The notes beneath the pieces were generated by a model. The model did no database searches and was not told the origin of the DNA. It saw only the letters and a list, made by a program, of their open reading frames with translations. From contig JBLRWN010000009.1 of NCBI GenBank assembly GCA_047921195.1, positions 396-64,395 of the forward strand: a stretch of DNA of 64,000 nucleotides, in the 5' to 3' direction. Made by a program: the position numbers and the translations under genes. Every line of letters starts with the position of its first letter. Within the stretch, counting starts at the first letter, position 1. This DNA comes from Luteolibacter sp. (lineage in GTDB: Bacteria; Verrucomicrobiota; Verrucomicrobiia; Verrucomicrobiales; Akkermansiaceae). Positions 30,287-40,286 of this stretch are shown in pieces.

Positions 30287-30946
30287 TTAAGGTCGCGCGG
30301 TGTTTTCACCACCATGAATGTTCCCCTCGGTCACCTCCACAGCACGAAAGGCGCTCAAATCGTCGAATGAGCCGAGCCCGATCCTGCCCTCACCCAGCGT
30401 CCGGTCTTCGGCACTGAGCACTTCCACTCCATCGAACCACACGCGGATGGATCCATTCTCCACGTCCCGCTCAAGGATCAGCTTGTGCCAGTGCTCCGGC
30501 TTCCAATCGAGTTTGTCCACCCGGGTTTTCGTGATCGGCTTGCGATCCGCGTGATCGACGAGGTGGATGTGCAGATGCACCCCATCAGCCGATTGTCCGA
30601 GATGCGCATAATAAAAGCGCGTCTCGGAGGTCTGCCCGAATGCGATGCAGACGTCGTTGTTGCCCGCGTTGAACAAATCCAGCCTCACCTCGGCCTTGAG
30701 CGTGAACGATCCCCATGTGCGACCTTCATACCATGCGAGGTTGCGCGGCCGCCTTACTTCGGATTTGAAGTTCGACTGCTTGAGCAGCCGCAGCATCGAC
30801 TGCCCTTCGGACTTCTCCCACGCCCACGCCGCCTCATCCGGCAGCAACCAGCGCTTCGGATCATCCAGCGGTCTCACAGGCTCACCAGCGAACGTAGTCG
30901 CCGCAAAAACCACGGACATCACTGGAGGCAAGGATCTGAAAAACAT
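30287..30946 (-). CDS. Exported concanavalin-A-like (DUF1080-like) protein
   Basis: Signal peptide; SFTLKAEVR, WHKLILER, IRVWFDG, GRIGLGSFDD. Confidence 0.55.
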   Translation of the reverse strand: MFFRSLPPVMSVVFAATTFAGEPVRPLDDPKRWLLPDEAAWAWEKSEGQSMLRLLKQSNFKSEVRRPRNLAWYEGRTWGSFTLKAEVRLDLFNAGNNDVCIAFGQTSETRFYYAHLGQSADGVHLHIHLVDHADRKPITKTRVDKLDWKPEHWHKLILERDVENGSIRVWFDGVEVLSAEDRTLGEGRIGLGSFDDLSAFRAVEVTEGNIHGGENTARP

Positions 30947-31104
30947 GCGCCTGATACGAACCTCGTCACCCCGATCTTCAGCCAATGCGGATTTTTTGCA
31001 CGGGGATAACAGACCATCGGAGCCACCACACTTTGTGGTGGATAAGAATGGGATGCGAATGGGCATGCTGCGAAGCATCTTTTTTATCCTCATTTCATCC
31101 TTCA

Positions 31105-31130
31105 GGCCGACAGGAGGTGTCGGCCCTCCG
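31105..31130. repeat. REP-like palindrome
   Basis: ggccgaca-ggagg-tgtcggcc-ctcc. Confidence 0.5.
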
Positions 31131-31176
31131 GCAATCGCCACAACCGCGCCGAGTTTCATCGTTGCGCCACATTGCC

Positions 31177-33924
31177 ATGCCGCTAATCTCCCGGCAAGTG
31201 ATCGAAGTGCGTTTCCAGCGCGGGCTCTACCTGCCCGAATGCGACCTGTGGCTCGATCCGTGGGATGCGAAGCCACGGGCGTTCGTGTCGCATGGCCACG
31301 CCGATCATTTTGCAAGGCACGAAAAAGCCATCTGCTCGGAAACCACTGCCGCCGTGATACGCGCCCGCTTCGGCATTGCCGAGTCGCGCCTCGACCCACT
31401 GCCATTTCAAGTGCCGCGGGTCGAAGACGGATTCCGCATCCGCATGCTGCCCGCCGGGCATGTCCTCGGCTCGGCGATGCTCCACATCACCCGGGTGCGC
31501 GACAACGCGACACTTCTCTACACCGGCGATTTCAAGACCCGTCGGTCACGCATCGCCGAGCCGGTGATGTTCGTCGCCGCGGACACCCTGATTTTGGAAA
31601 CCACCTACGGCCTGCCGAATTTCGTCTTTCCCCCGCAAATGGACGTCGAGGCCGCGGTGATGAGATTTTGCAACGATGCCATTGCCGATGGTGAGACGCC
31701 GGTGCTTTGCGGCTACTCGTTCGGCAAAGCCCAGGAGGCGCTCGCCTTGCTGGCCGAACACGGCATCCCCGCCGTGCTCCACCCGACCGTCGCGGAAATG
31801 ACGCGGGTCTGCCGCGAACTCGGCGCGAATCTCCCTGAGTCAGCCACTCTTGAGGAAGGCACCACGGTGCCACCCGGGCACGTCGTGATTGCCCCGCCCA
31901 ACGGTCTTCGCTCGCACGTCGTCCGCCGCTTGAAAAACACCCGCACCGCCATGCTCAGCGGCTGGGCGCTGCAAACCGGATCGAACTACCGCTACCGCGT
32001 CGACGAGGTGCTCCCGATGTCGGATCACGCCGACCATCCGGGCCTGCTCGAATGCATCAACCGCGTGCGGCCGCGCCGGGTGCTCACCGTGCATGGATAC
32101 GCCCGCGAATTCGCCGCCGAGCTTCGCGGCAAAGGCAAGGACGCATGGTGCGCCGCAGGCGGCGACCAACTCGAACTCGCCCCCATCGTGGCCAACCAGG
32201 CATCCGGCGGAGGACGATCGCATGCCGCCATCGCCCCGCGCCACATCCGGCCGATTTGTGAAATGGCTGACTTCAGCGATATCTGCCGCCTTGTCGGCGA
32301 GACCAGCAGCCGCCTGGCGAAAATCGAATACATCGCAAACTATCTGAAAGGCATTGGCACGCTCACCGATCTGCGGTTGGCGGCATTCTGGCTCAGCGGA
32401 GAAGCCTTGCCTCGCGAAGCCGGGCGGCGTCCGCTCCACGTCGGAGTGGCCGCATTGCGCCGCGCGCTCACCGCAATCCCCGGGTGCCGCGAGGAACGCT
32501 ACCGCGAAATCTCCGCCACCCAGAACGATGCGGCACGCACCGCGCGGTTGCTGCTTCAGGAACTGGCACTCAAACCCGAACCGCTGCGCTACGCCGAACT
32601 CGACCAGTTCTTCCTCGACCTCGCCGCCGCCCCGGGATCCATCGCGCGCATCCAACTTCTCAGCGACCGCCTCCACAGGCTTCATCCCGTCGAGGGCGAG
32701 ACCTTGGTGAAGCTCCTCACCGGCGACCTGCGCATCGGGCTGCGCGAAGGTCTCGTCGAAGAAGCCGTTGCCGCCGCATTTAACGCGGACATCTCGAGCA
32801 TTCGCCAAGCCCATATGCTCACAGGCGACATCGGCGAGGCGGCCGCGCTCGCACATTGTGGCCGGCTAGATGAGGCCGCACTGCGCCCGCTCGTCCCTAT
32901 CAAGGCCATGCTCGCGTCGCCGCTCGAACGAATCGAAGGCAGCGACGAGCATACCACGGACATCCGCTTCGCTCCCCTGCCCTTCCCCACCCCGCTCTGG
33001 CTCGAACCGAAGTTCGACGGCATCCGCGCGCAGCTCCACAAAGCCGGCGGTCGCGCCGCGCTCTTCTCGCGCGATCTCCGTCCGCTCGATGCCGAGTTTC
33101 CCGAACTCATCCGCGCCGCCCTGCGTATCCCCGGCGATTTCATCCTCGACGGCGAACTCATCGCCCATGCCGACGGGCGCAAACTCGGCTTCGCCGACCT
33201 CCAGAAACGTCTCGGACGCAAAGCTGCCGATGGCGATCTTTTCCTCATCGATAGCGACAGCACCGCGACCATCCCGCTGCGCTTCATCGCCTTCGATGCC
33301 CTGTGGATGGACGGCAGCGATCTCACTCCATGCCCTTTGTCCGATCGCCGCGCCGCCTTGGAATCCATCGCGCTCGACGCCCCCTTTGAAATCATCCCGT
33401 GCCACCGGCCCGATGATCCATCCGCCGTCGACGCCCATTTCAAACAAGCCATCCGCGACGGCCACGAAGGCCTCATCGCCAAGGACCCCGCCAGCACATA
33501 CACCCCGGGCCGGCGCGGCCGTGCATGGCTCAAGCTCAAGGGCGTCATGCCCACGCTCGATTGCGTCGTCACCATCGCCGAACAGGGCCACGGCAAACGC
33601 TCCGATGTCCTCTCCGACTATACATTCGCCGTGCGCGACGAGGCCACCGGCACGCTCCGCGTCATCGGCAAGGCTTACAGCGGACTCACCGATCTGGAGA
33701 TCGAGGACCTCACCGAACACTTCAAAAAACACACCCTTCGCAAGGAACGCCGCAAACACCACGTCGAACCGAACCTCGTCCTCGAAATCGCCTTCGACGC
33801 CATCCGCCGCTCCACCCGCCACGACTCCGGTCTCGCCCTGCGCTTCCCCCGGATCAAAACCATCCGCCGCGACAAAACCCTCGACGACATCGACACCCTC
33901 CAAACCGCAACGGCGCTTCTCTAA
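31177..33924 (+). CDS. Fusion of MBL/beta-CASP nuclease and ATP-dependent DNA ligase
   Basis: SHGHADH, AGHVLGS, YTGDF, SDHADH; ligase EPKFDG, DGEL, FIAFD, EGLIAK, WLKLK, RFPR; one uninterrupted frame. Confidence 0.92.
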   Translation: MPLISRQVIEVRFQRGLYLPECDLWLDPWDAKPRAFVSHGHADHFARHEKAICSETTAAVIRARFGIAESRLDPLPFQVPRVEDGFRIRMLPAGHVLGSAMLHITRVRDNATLLYTGDFKTRRSRIAEPVMFVAADTLILETTYGLPNFVFPPQMDVEAAVMRFCNDAIADGETPVLCGYSFGKAQEALALLAEHGIPAVLHPTVAEMTRVCRELGANLPESATLEEGTTVPPGHVVIAPPNGLRSHVVRRLKNTRTAMLSGWALQTGSNYRYRVDEVLPMSDHADHPGLLECINRVRPRRVLTVHGYAREFAAELRGKGKDAWCAAGGDQLELAPIVANQASGGGRSHAAIAPRHIRPICEMADFSDICRLVGETSSRLAKIEYIANYLKGIGTLTDLRLAAFWLSGEALPREAGRRPLHVGVAALRRALTAIPGCREERYREISATQNDAARTARLLLQELALKPEPLRYAELDQFFLDLAAAPGSIARIQLLSDRLHRLHPVEGETLVKLLTGDLRIGLREGLVEEAVAAAFNADISSIRQAHMLTGDIGEAAALAHCGRLDEAALRPLVPIKAMLASPLERIEGSDEHTTDIRFAPLPFPTPLWLEPKFDGIRAQLHKAGGRAALFSRDLRPLDAEFPELIRAALRIPGDFILDGELIAHADGRKLGFADLQKRLGRKAADGDLFLIDSDSTATIPLRFIAFDALWMDGSDLTPCPLSDRRAALESIALDAPFEIIPCHRPDDPSAVDAHFKQAIRDGHEGLIAKDPASTYTPGRRGRAWLKLKGVMPTLDCVVTIAEQGHGKRSDVLSDYTFAVRDEATGTLRVIGKAYSGLTDLEIEDLTEHFKKHTLRKERRKHHVEPNLVLEIAFDAIRRSTRHDSGLALRFPRIKTIRRDKTLDDIDTLQTATALL

Positions 33925-33939
33925 CACATCATCCGTGAA

Positions 33940-36489
33940 TCACTCCGCAGATGAACCCAAAACATCCGCGATCTCGCGAAGTAAATCAGCATCTTGCTCG
34001 CTCAGTCGCGCGGCTTTGACTGAAATTTCGGCGAGCAATCCGGCTTGGAGCTCTCGGTCTTTCATCATCTTCGCTATCTCGAGAGCTTGCCCAAATGAGC
34101 CTGCCTTTGTGCATCCGAGAGCAACGTCATAAAGAACCAACGATTTTAAATCATCTTCCAAAGGATCGGCCGCTTGGATTGCGTGAGACAACATTTCCCT
34201 CGCTTTGTTCATATTTCCGATTTTCGCATAGACGCCTGCAATGTCTGCCAATGCCCACGTTTTGGACATTTCTAATGGCTCGGCCATCGCTGATCCAACG
34301 GCTTCTTTCAGGATCTGCTCCGTCTTTTCGGTGTGATTCATTTCTGCGAAAACATCCGCAATAGCGCGCAATCTGTCATGATATTTCGTTTCGGTATCCT
34401 TGTTTTCATCTAGCGCTTGAGTGAGCAGCTTGGTCGCTCTGTCTATCTCGCCTTTTTCCACATAAAATGCTGCAACTCTGGCAAAAACCCAAGATTTCCA
34501 GTTTGCATCTTCGATTTCCCCGATCGTCTCAAAAATCCGCTCGAAATCACCAGCCTCGGCATACTGGCGCGAAACCGCGCTCAATGCTCTGAATCGATCA
34601 CTGTCATCGGATATGGTTCGAGCTGTATTGTGAGCTTCCGTCAGCAGTTTCGCCGCGAGTTCGGTTTCTCCGGCATTCGCAATCGTGTGGCTGAGCTCGG
34701 TCAATGCCGGGGATTTGTGCTCTGCGGATTCGATGCGCTTGGCGATTTCAATGACCTCGTCGAAATCTCCCGTTTGTTCAAACTGCTTTGAGACTGCGCG
34801 CAACGCCCAGGATTGTTGCTGTGGGTCGCGGATTTGCCTCACATGGTCGAGGGTTTGGGATCGAAGTTGTGCCGCCTGCTCCGTTTGCCCGGCGTTCGCA
34901 TACTTACCGGCAATCTCGGCCAATGCCGAAGGGCTTTCATACGAATGGGGATTGATCGCGGTCGCGAGTGTGAGCGCTCGATCAAGGTCGCCGAGATTTG
35001 CATAACCCATGGCGAGAGAGCGCAAGACTTTATGGTCCAGTTCTGCGGCCTCAAGGTGCCTGGCGGCATGGAGGGCCATGGACAAGATTCGCAGGGCTTC
35101 ATCGCTGTTACCCGCCTCAAGATACCCACCCGCTATGACGAACAATACCCACGATTTGTCATCGCTACGCTCACTCGCGAGAGCCGTATCCAAGCCTTCC
35201 GAAAGAAGTTGGTCGGCCAGTGCCTGCTCTCCGAGTTCCCGGTATTTGCCTGCAATGCCCACATGCACGGTGAACTCGGTCCGCGCGTGGGCAAAGCTCC
35301 TCGCCCTCTTGGTATCGGCCCTCTCATAGGCTTTAGCCAAAAGATCCAGCGCACGCTCATTGTTCCCGGCATTCGCATATTCACTCGCAATTTCCAGCAA
35401 TGCTTTGGATTGGTCACTTCGGTAGCGTATTGTGGGGACTGTCTCAACCGCCTCGGCAAATATCCGCTCTGCCAGTGCCTCCCGGCCATCCAGCGCATAT
35501 GCGCGTGCGATCAGAGTCAAAGCTCTGGCACGATGATGCGCTCCCCATTTGTCGAAACCGCGGGCGATCACCAGCGCTTGGTTGAAATCGCCGGAAAGCG
35601 CATGATGGCCTGCGATGTCAGCCAACACCCCGTTCTTATACGCACTATTGCCGATCATTTCCGCCACGTTCATAGCTTGGCCTAGGTAGCCCAACTCCAA
35701 GTACATGTTAGAGATGCCGGTTAAGACCTCGGATTTACCTAAAGTCTGGTCTGATAGATCAATCGCTTCCAGCGCTTGGGCCACAAGTTCCGCGATCCTC
35801 TCCTTTTGCCCGTCCGCTCCATAGGCTTCTGCAATTCCGAGCAATGCTCGGGATTGGTAGTTTTCACGCACATTGAGCTTGTTTACCATGTCGAGGGCCT
35901 GCTCGAAGTCACCAGCCTTGCCATAATGAATTGCAATTCCAGCCATGGCTTTGGTATAAAGATATTTTTGATCTTCAATGATCATCGCGGTCTTCATCGC
36001 TTGATCGAAGTCGCCGATTTCCGCAAATTTGATCGCAATATCGGCCAATGCCCCAAGGCCGTTCATGATGACGCCATCGTATTCCCTTTCAACCGTTTGT
36101 GCGGTCGTGATGGTTTCCGAGAGGAGCCGTGATGCCTGTTCCTTTTCACCTGCCTCGGCATACTTGCCTGCGATCTCGCACAACAACCGCAAGTCCGGCC
36201 ATGGATTGGTTTTGGCAGTCTCGAGGGCTTGAGAGAGCAGTTGCAAGGCCTGCTGCGGTTGCCCTTTTTCGGCATGCACTTCCGCGATCCCGGCCATGGC
36301 AACGGATCGATGCGATGGGCTCTTGATTTCCTTTGCGACCAGCAAGGCACAGGAAAGCGGGCATCGCCGGGCATCCTCCAGTCCATCCAATGAGGATTCT
36401 GAGGTAATTGAATCCGATCGATCCGAACACGCCGAAACGCTGATGGCGGCGATGCACAAAAGTCCGGCTGCTCGTGCGGAAAGAATCAT
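33940..36489 (-). CDS. Large TPR-like helical repeat protein, probable lipoprotein
   Basis: Lipobox-like VSAC; many repeats of the form ALxxIAxxYAxAGxxxxAxxLLxxAL. Confidence 0.75.
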   Translation of the reverse strand: MILSARAAGLLCIAAISVSACSDRSDSITSESSLDGLEDARRCPLSCALLVAKEIKSPSHRSVAMAGIAEVHAEKGQPQQALQLLSQALETAKTNPWPDLRLLCEIAGKYAEAGEKEQASRLLSETITTAQTVEREYDGVIMNGLGALADIAIKFAEIGDFDQAMKTAMIIEDQKYLYTKAMAGIAIHYGKAGDFEQALDMVNKLNVRENYQSRALLGIAEAYGADGQKERIAELVAQALEAIDLSDQTLGKSEVLTGISNMYLELGYLGQAMNVAEMIGNSAYKNGVLADIAGHHALSGDFNQALVIARGFDKWGAHHRARALTLIARAYALDGREALAERIFAEAVETVPTIRYRSDQSKALLEIASEYANAGNNERALDLLAKAYERADTKRARSFAHARTEFTVHVGIAGKYRELGEQALADQLLSEGLDTALASERSDDKSWVLFVIAGGYLEAGNSDEALRILSMALHAARHLEAAELDHKVLRSLAMGYANLGDLDRALTLATAINPHSYESPSALAEIAGKYANAGQTEQAAQLRSQTLDHVRQIRDPQQQSWALRAVSKQFEQTGDFDEVIEIAKRIESAEHKSPALTELSHTIANAGETELAAKLLTEAHNTARTISDDSDRFRALSAVSRQYAEAGDFERIFETIGEIEDANWKSWVFARVAAFYVEKGEIDRATKLLTQALDENKDTETKYHDRLRAIADVFAEMNHTEKTEQILKEAVGSAMAEPLEMSKTWALADIAGVYAKIGNMNKAREMLSHAIQAADPLEDDLKSLVLYDVALGCTKAGSFGQALEIAKMMKDRELQAGLLAEISVKAARLSEQDADLLREIADVLGSSAE

Positions 36490-36572
36490 CCCTAGCCCAT
36501 ACGACACCAATCTCCCGATTCTTCGGGTAAACCAACCTTGACCACTCGGCAATCAAAGGCTATACATTTTGC

Positions 36573-36824
36573 GTGCCAGATACGTACAACATCAAGCAAG
36601 CGCAAGCCGGTTTACCGAAGCTCTGTCGATCGGGAAAACGATTCGTGATCGCGAATCGCAATAAGCCGGTGATGGTCGCAATGCCCGTGAATGACTTTGA
36701 AGCGCTCATGGAAACGCTTGATGTCCTGGGCGACCCGCATGCGATGAAAGCGCTGAATATCGCCCGCGAAGGCAAAACCACCTACCGCCAACTCGACCTC
36801 GATGATCCGGATTTCGGCCTCTAA
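36573..36824 (+). CDS. Phd/YefM-family antitoxin
   Basis: YNIKQAQAGLPKL, FVIANRNKPVMV, DFEALMETLDVL; overlaps the toxin gene. Confidence 0.85.
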   Translation: MPDTYNIKQAQAGLPKLCRSGKRFVIANRNKPVMVAMPVNDFEALMETLDVLGDPHAMKALNIAREGKTTYRQLDLDDPDFGL

Positions 36825-37089
36825 GCAAGTCACGGCTTGGCTCACGGCGCTACCACCGCAGACCAAACACCGCGTCCGCCTTGCCTTGCGGGCGTTGGCG
36901 AAGGGCCGGGGTGACATCAAGGGGCTTCAGGGGCCTCTCGAAGGATTCAATCGCCTGCGCATCGGCGGGATTCGCATCATCTACCGGCAGGTTTCCGCCA
37001 GCGAGATCCGCCTTGATCACGCCCAAACCCGCGACGTGGTTTACGAAGTCTTCGAACGCATTCTCGAGAATCGGAGAGATTCATCATAG
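36802..37089 (+). CDS. RelE/ParE-family toxin
   Basis: GDIKGLQGPLEGFNRLRIGGIRIIY; 95 aa; paired with antitoxin. Confidence 0.85.
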   Translation: MIRISASKQVTAWLTALPPQTKHRVRLALRALAKGRGDIKGLQGPLEGFNRLRIGGIRIIYRQVSASEIRLDHAQTRDVVYEVFERILENRRDSS

Positions 37090-37150
37090 GAAAGCCAATG
37101 AAAATAGACGATGAGAGTGCGGGGCGCGACTGCGTCCTTACCTCAGATCT

Positions 37151-38086
37151 CTATGAGCTGAAGTGATGCCAACCGCCGGGCGGAATGGGATCGGCCTCCC
37201 GGCCAGTGATTTCGCCGATTTGGGTGAGGAGGACATCGGGAAAGGCGGATTTCCAAGCGGATGCGAGGGCGGATGCGAGGGCGGATGGATCGCCGCGATG
37301 GGTGAAGAGAAGCTCGAAGTCCTCGCCGTCGTTGAGCGCGGCATCGAGTTCCACGCCTGCGTGGCGCGGCACGGCAGCACGATCGAGGGTGAATCCGACG
37401 CCGGATGCCCGGGCGAGTTTCGGCAGATCCGCCGCAAGGCCGTCGGACAAGTCCATCATGGACGATGGTTTGAAGTGGCGTACGAGCCAAGCCGCCTCGG
37501 CGAGCCGCGGGAAAAAATCGAGATGTCGCCCGCTGGCGAACGAACCACCGAGCCGGCCGGTGACGTAAATCGCATCGCCAGGCATGGCGGTGGAGCGCAG
37601 CGTGAGGTGTTTGCGCTTCACTCGGCCGGTGGCGGCGATCGAGATGACCGCGGCAGAGTCTGTCGGCACCGCGCTGGTCTCTCCGCCCGCGATCTTTGCG
37701 CCGCTCCATTCCAGCGCACGCGCCATTCCCTGATAGAGCCCGTCCACCCATGCGACCGCGCGCTCGGGAGGCATGGCGATGGTGGAGAGGAAACGATCCG
37801 GCGCGCCGCCCATCGCCGCGAAATCCGAGACCAGGCGCATGATCGCTTTCCATCCGACGCGCTGCGGATCGGTGTCCGGCGGATAATGGATCGACTCGAC
37901 GATGGCATCGGTTTTGAGCAGGGTGAGCACGTCGTCGTCTTGCGGATCCGTGGATTCATCGACCACCGCACAATCGTCGCCGGGGCCTGCGGCGACGCCA
38001 GCAGGGAGCGGCACAAGGCGGGCGATCCGCTCGATGAGCGCGTCTTCGCCGATGTCACGTAGGGTGGGTTCGTGCGGAGGATTCAT
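37151..38086 (-). CDS. thiL: Thiamine-monophosphate kinase
   Basis: GEDALI, GPGDDCAV, KTDAIVE, SDFAAMGG, GGET, MMDLSDGLAADL, GEDFELLF. Confidence 0.93.
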   Translation of the reverse strand: MNPPHEPTLRDIGEDALIERIARLVPLPAGVAAGPGDDCAVVDESTDPQDDDVLTLLKTDAIVESIHYPPDTDPQRVGWKAIMRLVSDFAAMGGAPDRFLSTIAMPPERAVAWVDGLYQGMARALEWSGAKIAGGETSAVPTDSAAVISIAATGRVKRKHLTLRSTAMPGDAIYVTGRLGGSFASGRHLDFFPRLAEAAWLVRHFKPSSMMDLSDGLAADLPKLARASGVGFTLDRAAVPRHAGVELDAALNDGEDFELLFTHRGDPSALASALASAWKSAFPDVLLTQIGEITGREADPIPPGGWHHFSS

Positions 38087-38889
38087 GGTGGATTGTTTGC
38101 GAAAGATTCCCGGAGACTTCCGGGGTTGCTGGTGATGATCGCCTGCGTGCCGAGCTTTTGGAAGCGTGCTGCTTGGCGGGGATCGTTGACCGTCCACACG
38201 TGATGCTCGAATCCGGCCGCGATCACGGCTTTGATGAAATCATCACTGATGTCGGAATGCCGCGAGGCGAGCCCGTCCGCACCGGATTCACGGAGCGTCT
38301 GTAGCACGGATTCGAGCGATGGTCGAAATCCGCTGAACAGGCGACCTTTGCGCACGCGGCACAACCAGTGCGCCTTGTATTGCGGTGCCTGCTTCTTGAT
38401 TTCGCGGAGCAGCCCGGCATCGAAGGAGAGAAACACAATCTGGCCTGCGGTGATTGGTGATGAGTCGAGTGTGGCCAGAATCGGCGAGATTATTTCCGCT
38501 CCGGCTTTGATGTCGAGATAGACGAGCTTGCCGGGCGGCACGGTTGCAAGCACCTGGTCTAGGGTCGGGATGCGCTCCCCATGGAAGGCGTCGCCGTGAT
38601 GCGCCCCCACATCGATGGATTGGAGTTCCTCCAAGGTCGAGTCGCGCACCACGAGCCGGCGATTTGCGACCTTTCGCGTGTCTGCATCGTGGATGCAGAC
38701 GACGTGCCCGTCCTTGGTGAGTTGCAGGTCGACCTCGATGCCATCGGCTCCCTGCTGCCATGCGAGGTTGAATGCGGTGAGCGTGTTTTCCGGCGCGTCG
38801 TGCGATGCACCACGGTGGGCGATGATGAGTGGTGACGCCGCGGATGTTGTGATCACGAGGAGCCAGAGGGCGCCCGCAACGATTGGCAT
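38083..38889 (-). CDS. Glycerophosphodiester phosphodiesterase
   Basis: IIAHRGASHDAPENTLTAF, GIEVDLQLTKDG, CIHD, LDIK, WTVND. Confidence 0.9.
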   Translation of the reverse strand: MPIVAGALWLLVITTSAASPLIIAHRGASHDAPENTLTAFNLAWQQGADGIEVDLQLTKDGHVVCIHDADTRKVANRRLVVRDSTLEELQSIDVGAHHGDAFHGERIPTLDQVLATVPPGKLVYLDIKAGAEIISPILATLDSSPITAGQIVFLSFDAGLLREIKKQAPQYKAHWLCRVRKGRLFSGFRPSLESVLQTLRESGADGLASRHSDISDDFIKAVIAAGFEHHVWTVNDPRQAARFQKLGTQAIITSNPGSLRESFANNPP

Positions 38890-38907
38890 GGCCTGGAGAT
38901 TGAGGCA

Positions 38908-38952
38908 GCGGGCGAGACGCCCGCGCCACGTGGCAAGGGCGTCCTGCCCGTT
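38908..38952. repeat. Pair of REP-like palindromes
   Basis: gcgggcgagacgcccgcgccac and gtggcaagggcgtcctgcccgtt; the first is the reverse complement of the unit at 53946-53963. Confidence 0.65.
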
Positions 38953-39092
38953 GCCTGCAACGAAGAATTCGGTCGGAAATGTGGAACACATCGCGGAGCG
39001 AAGATGGCGGTAATTGCGAGGGTGTGCAACCCGGGGAATCACCCGGACAAAACAACTTTATTCGCGAGGTTGCCTGATGAATTTTGAAATTG

Positions 39093-39125
39093 AACCGCAG
39101 ATGAACAGGATGCACGCAGATAAAC
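39093..39125. repeat. Short degenerate tandem array (ccgcagatgaacaggatgcacgcagataaac)
   Basis: Read directly; ccgcagatgaac also occurs near 33946. Confidence 0.4.
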
Positions 39126-39136
39126 AAGATACAATA

Positions 39137-39601
39137 TCACCCGGCGAAGCCTTCATCGACAAGGAGTTTGCCACTGGCAATCGCTTCGTTGGCGAGCTCG
39201 TCGCAGCGCTCATTGTCGGGGTGGCCGGCGTGGCCTTTGACCCACCTCCATTCGATTTTATGTGACCCCATCACGGCGAGCAGCCGCTCCCAGAGGTCGC
39301 GGTTTTTCACCGGCTCTTTTTTCGAGTTGATCCAGTTTTTCCGCTGCCACCCATCGATCCATTTCGAATTGATCGCATCGACAAGGTATTTTGAATCAGA
39401 AAAAATCGTGACCTCGCACGGTTCACGGAGGACTTCGAGTCCGGCGATCGCAGCGCGGAGTTCCATGCGGTTGTTGGTGGTCATGCGATATCCCGCCGAG
39501 AGCTCCTTGCGGTGATTGCCGCTTTCGAGAATCACGCCGTATCCGCCGGGGCCCGGGTTTCCCTTGCAGCCGCCATCGGTGTGGATGATCACTTTTCTCA
39601 T
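39137..39601 (-). CDS. rnhA: Ribonuclease HI
   Basis: IHTDGGCKGNPGPGGYG, TTNNRMEL, SDSKY, WVKGHAGHPDNERCDELA. Confidence 0.97.
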   Translation of the reverse strand: MRKVIIHTDGGCKGNPGPGGYGVILESGNHRKELSAGYRMTTNNRMELRAAIAGLEVLREPCEVTIFSDSKYLVDAINSKWIDGWQRKNWINSKKEPVKNRDLWERLLAVMGSHKIEWRWVKGHAGHPDNERCDELANEAIASGKLLVDEGFAG

Positions 39602-40203
39602 GGTGCAATGGCAGCTAAGCGGGCGTCCATCAACCGGGCGACGTGTTTGGCCAGCATGTCGGATTCCAGATTGACCCGCGAACCGATGACTGCGGCATGC
39701 AGGTTGGTGTTTTCCCACGTATGCGGGGTGATCCAGAAGGTGGCGGTGTCGTTTTTCAAATCCGCAATCGTCAGGGAAATGCCGTCGATGGCGAGCGACC
39801 CTTTGTCGATGCAAAGTGGCAGCAGGTCGGCAGGCAGCCGCACATCAACACGATGATCCTGGCCATGCGACTCAAGCGCGGTGATCTCGCCGGTGGCATC
39901 GACATGGCCGAGCACGAAGTGCCCGCCAAAGCGGTCGCCCACGCGCATCGCGCGTTCGAGATTCACCTGCGATCCGGCGGCGAGACCGCCGAGCGACGTG
40001 ACGGTGAGCGTTTGCATCAACAGATCGAAATGCATGTCGCTGGCATCGCCGGCCGCAAGCGTGAGGCAGCAACCATTCACCGCCACCGAATCACCAAGCG
40101 CCACCTCGGCGGCGAATGGCGCATGGATGGTGAGGCGCGCCTGGTCGCCGCGCTCTACGAGCGAGACAACCGTGCCTGTGCATTCGACGAGTCCGGTAAA
40201 CAT
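39598..40203 (-). CDS. ribE: Riboflavin synthase alpha chain (ribE; ribC in E. coli naming)
   Basis: MFTGLVE, GDSVAVNGCCLT, VNLERAM, GGHFVLGHVD, KGSLAIDGISLT, VNLESD. Confidence 0.96.
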   Translation of the reverse strand: MFTGLVECTGTVVSLVERGDQARLTIHAPFAAEVALGDSVAVNGCCLTLAAGDASDMHFDLLMQTLTVTSLGGLAAGSQVNLERAMRVGDRFGGHFVLGHVDATGEITALESHGQDHRVDVRLPADLLPLCIDKGSLAIDGISLTIADLKNDTATFWITPHTWENTNLHAAVIGSRVNLESDMLAKHVARLMDARLAAIAP

Positions 40204-40286
40204 GGCGCGGGCAGTGAGCCTTGCCTCCCCTTGGCGATCAAGGGGAATTTTTGTCGACACGACCGGTCGATCCGGCTCGCCATCGC

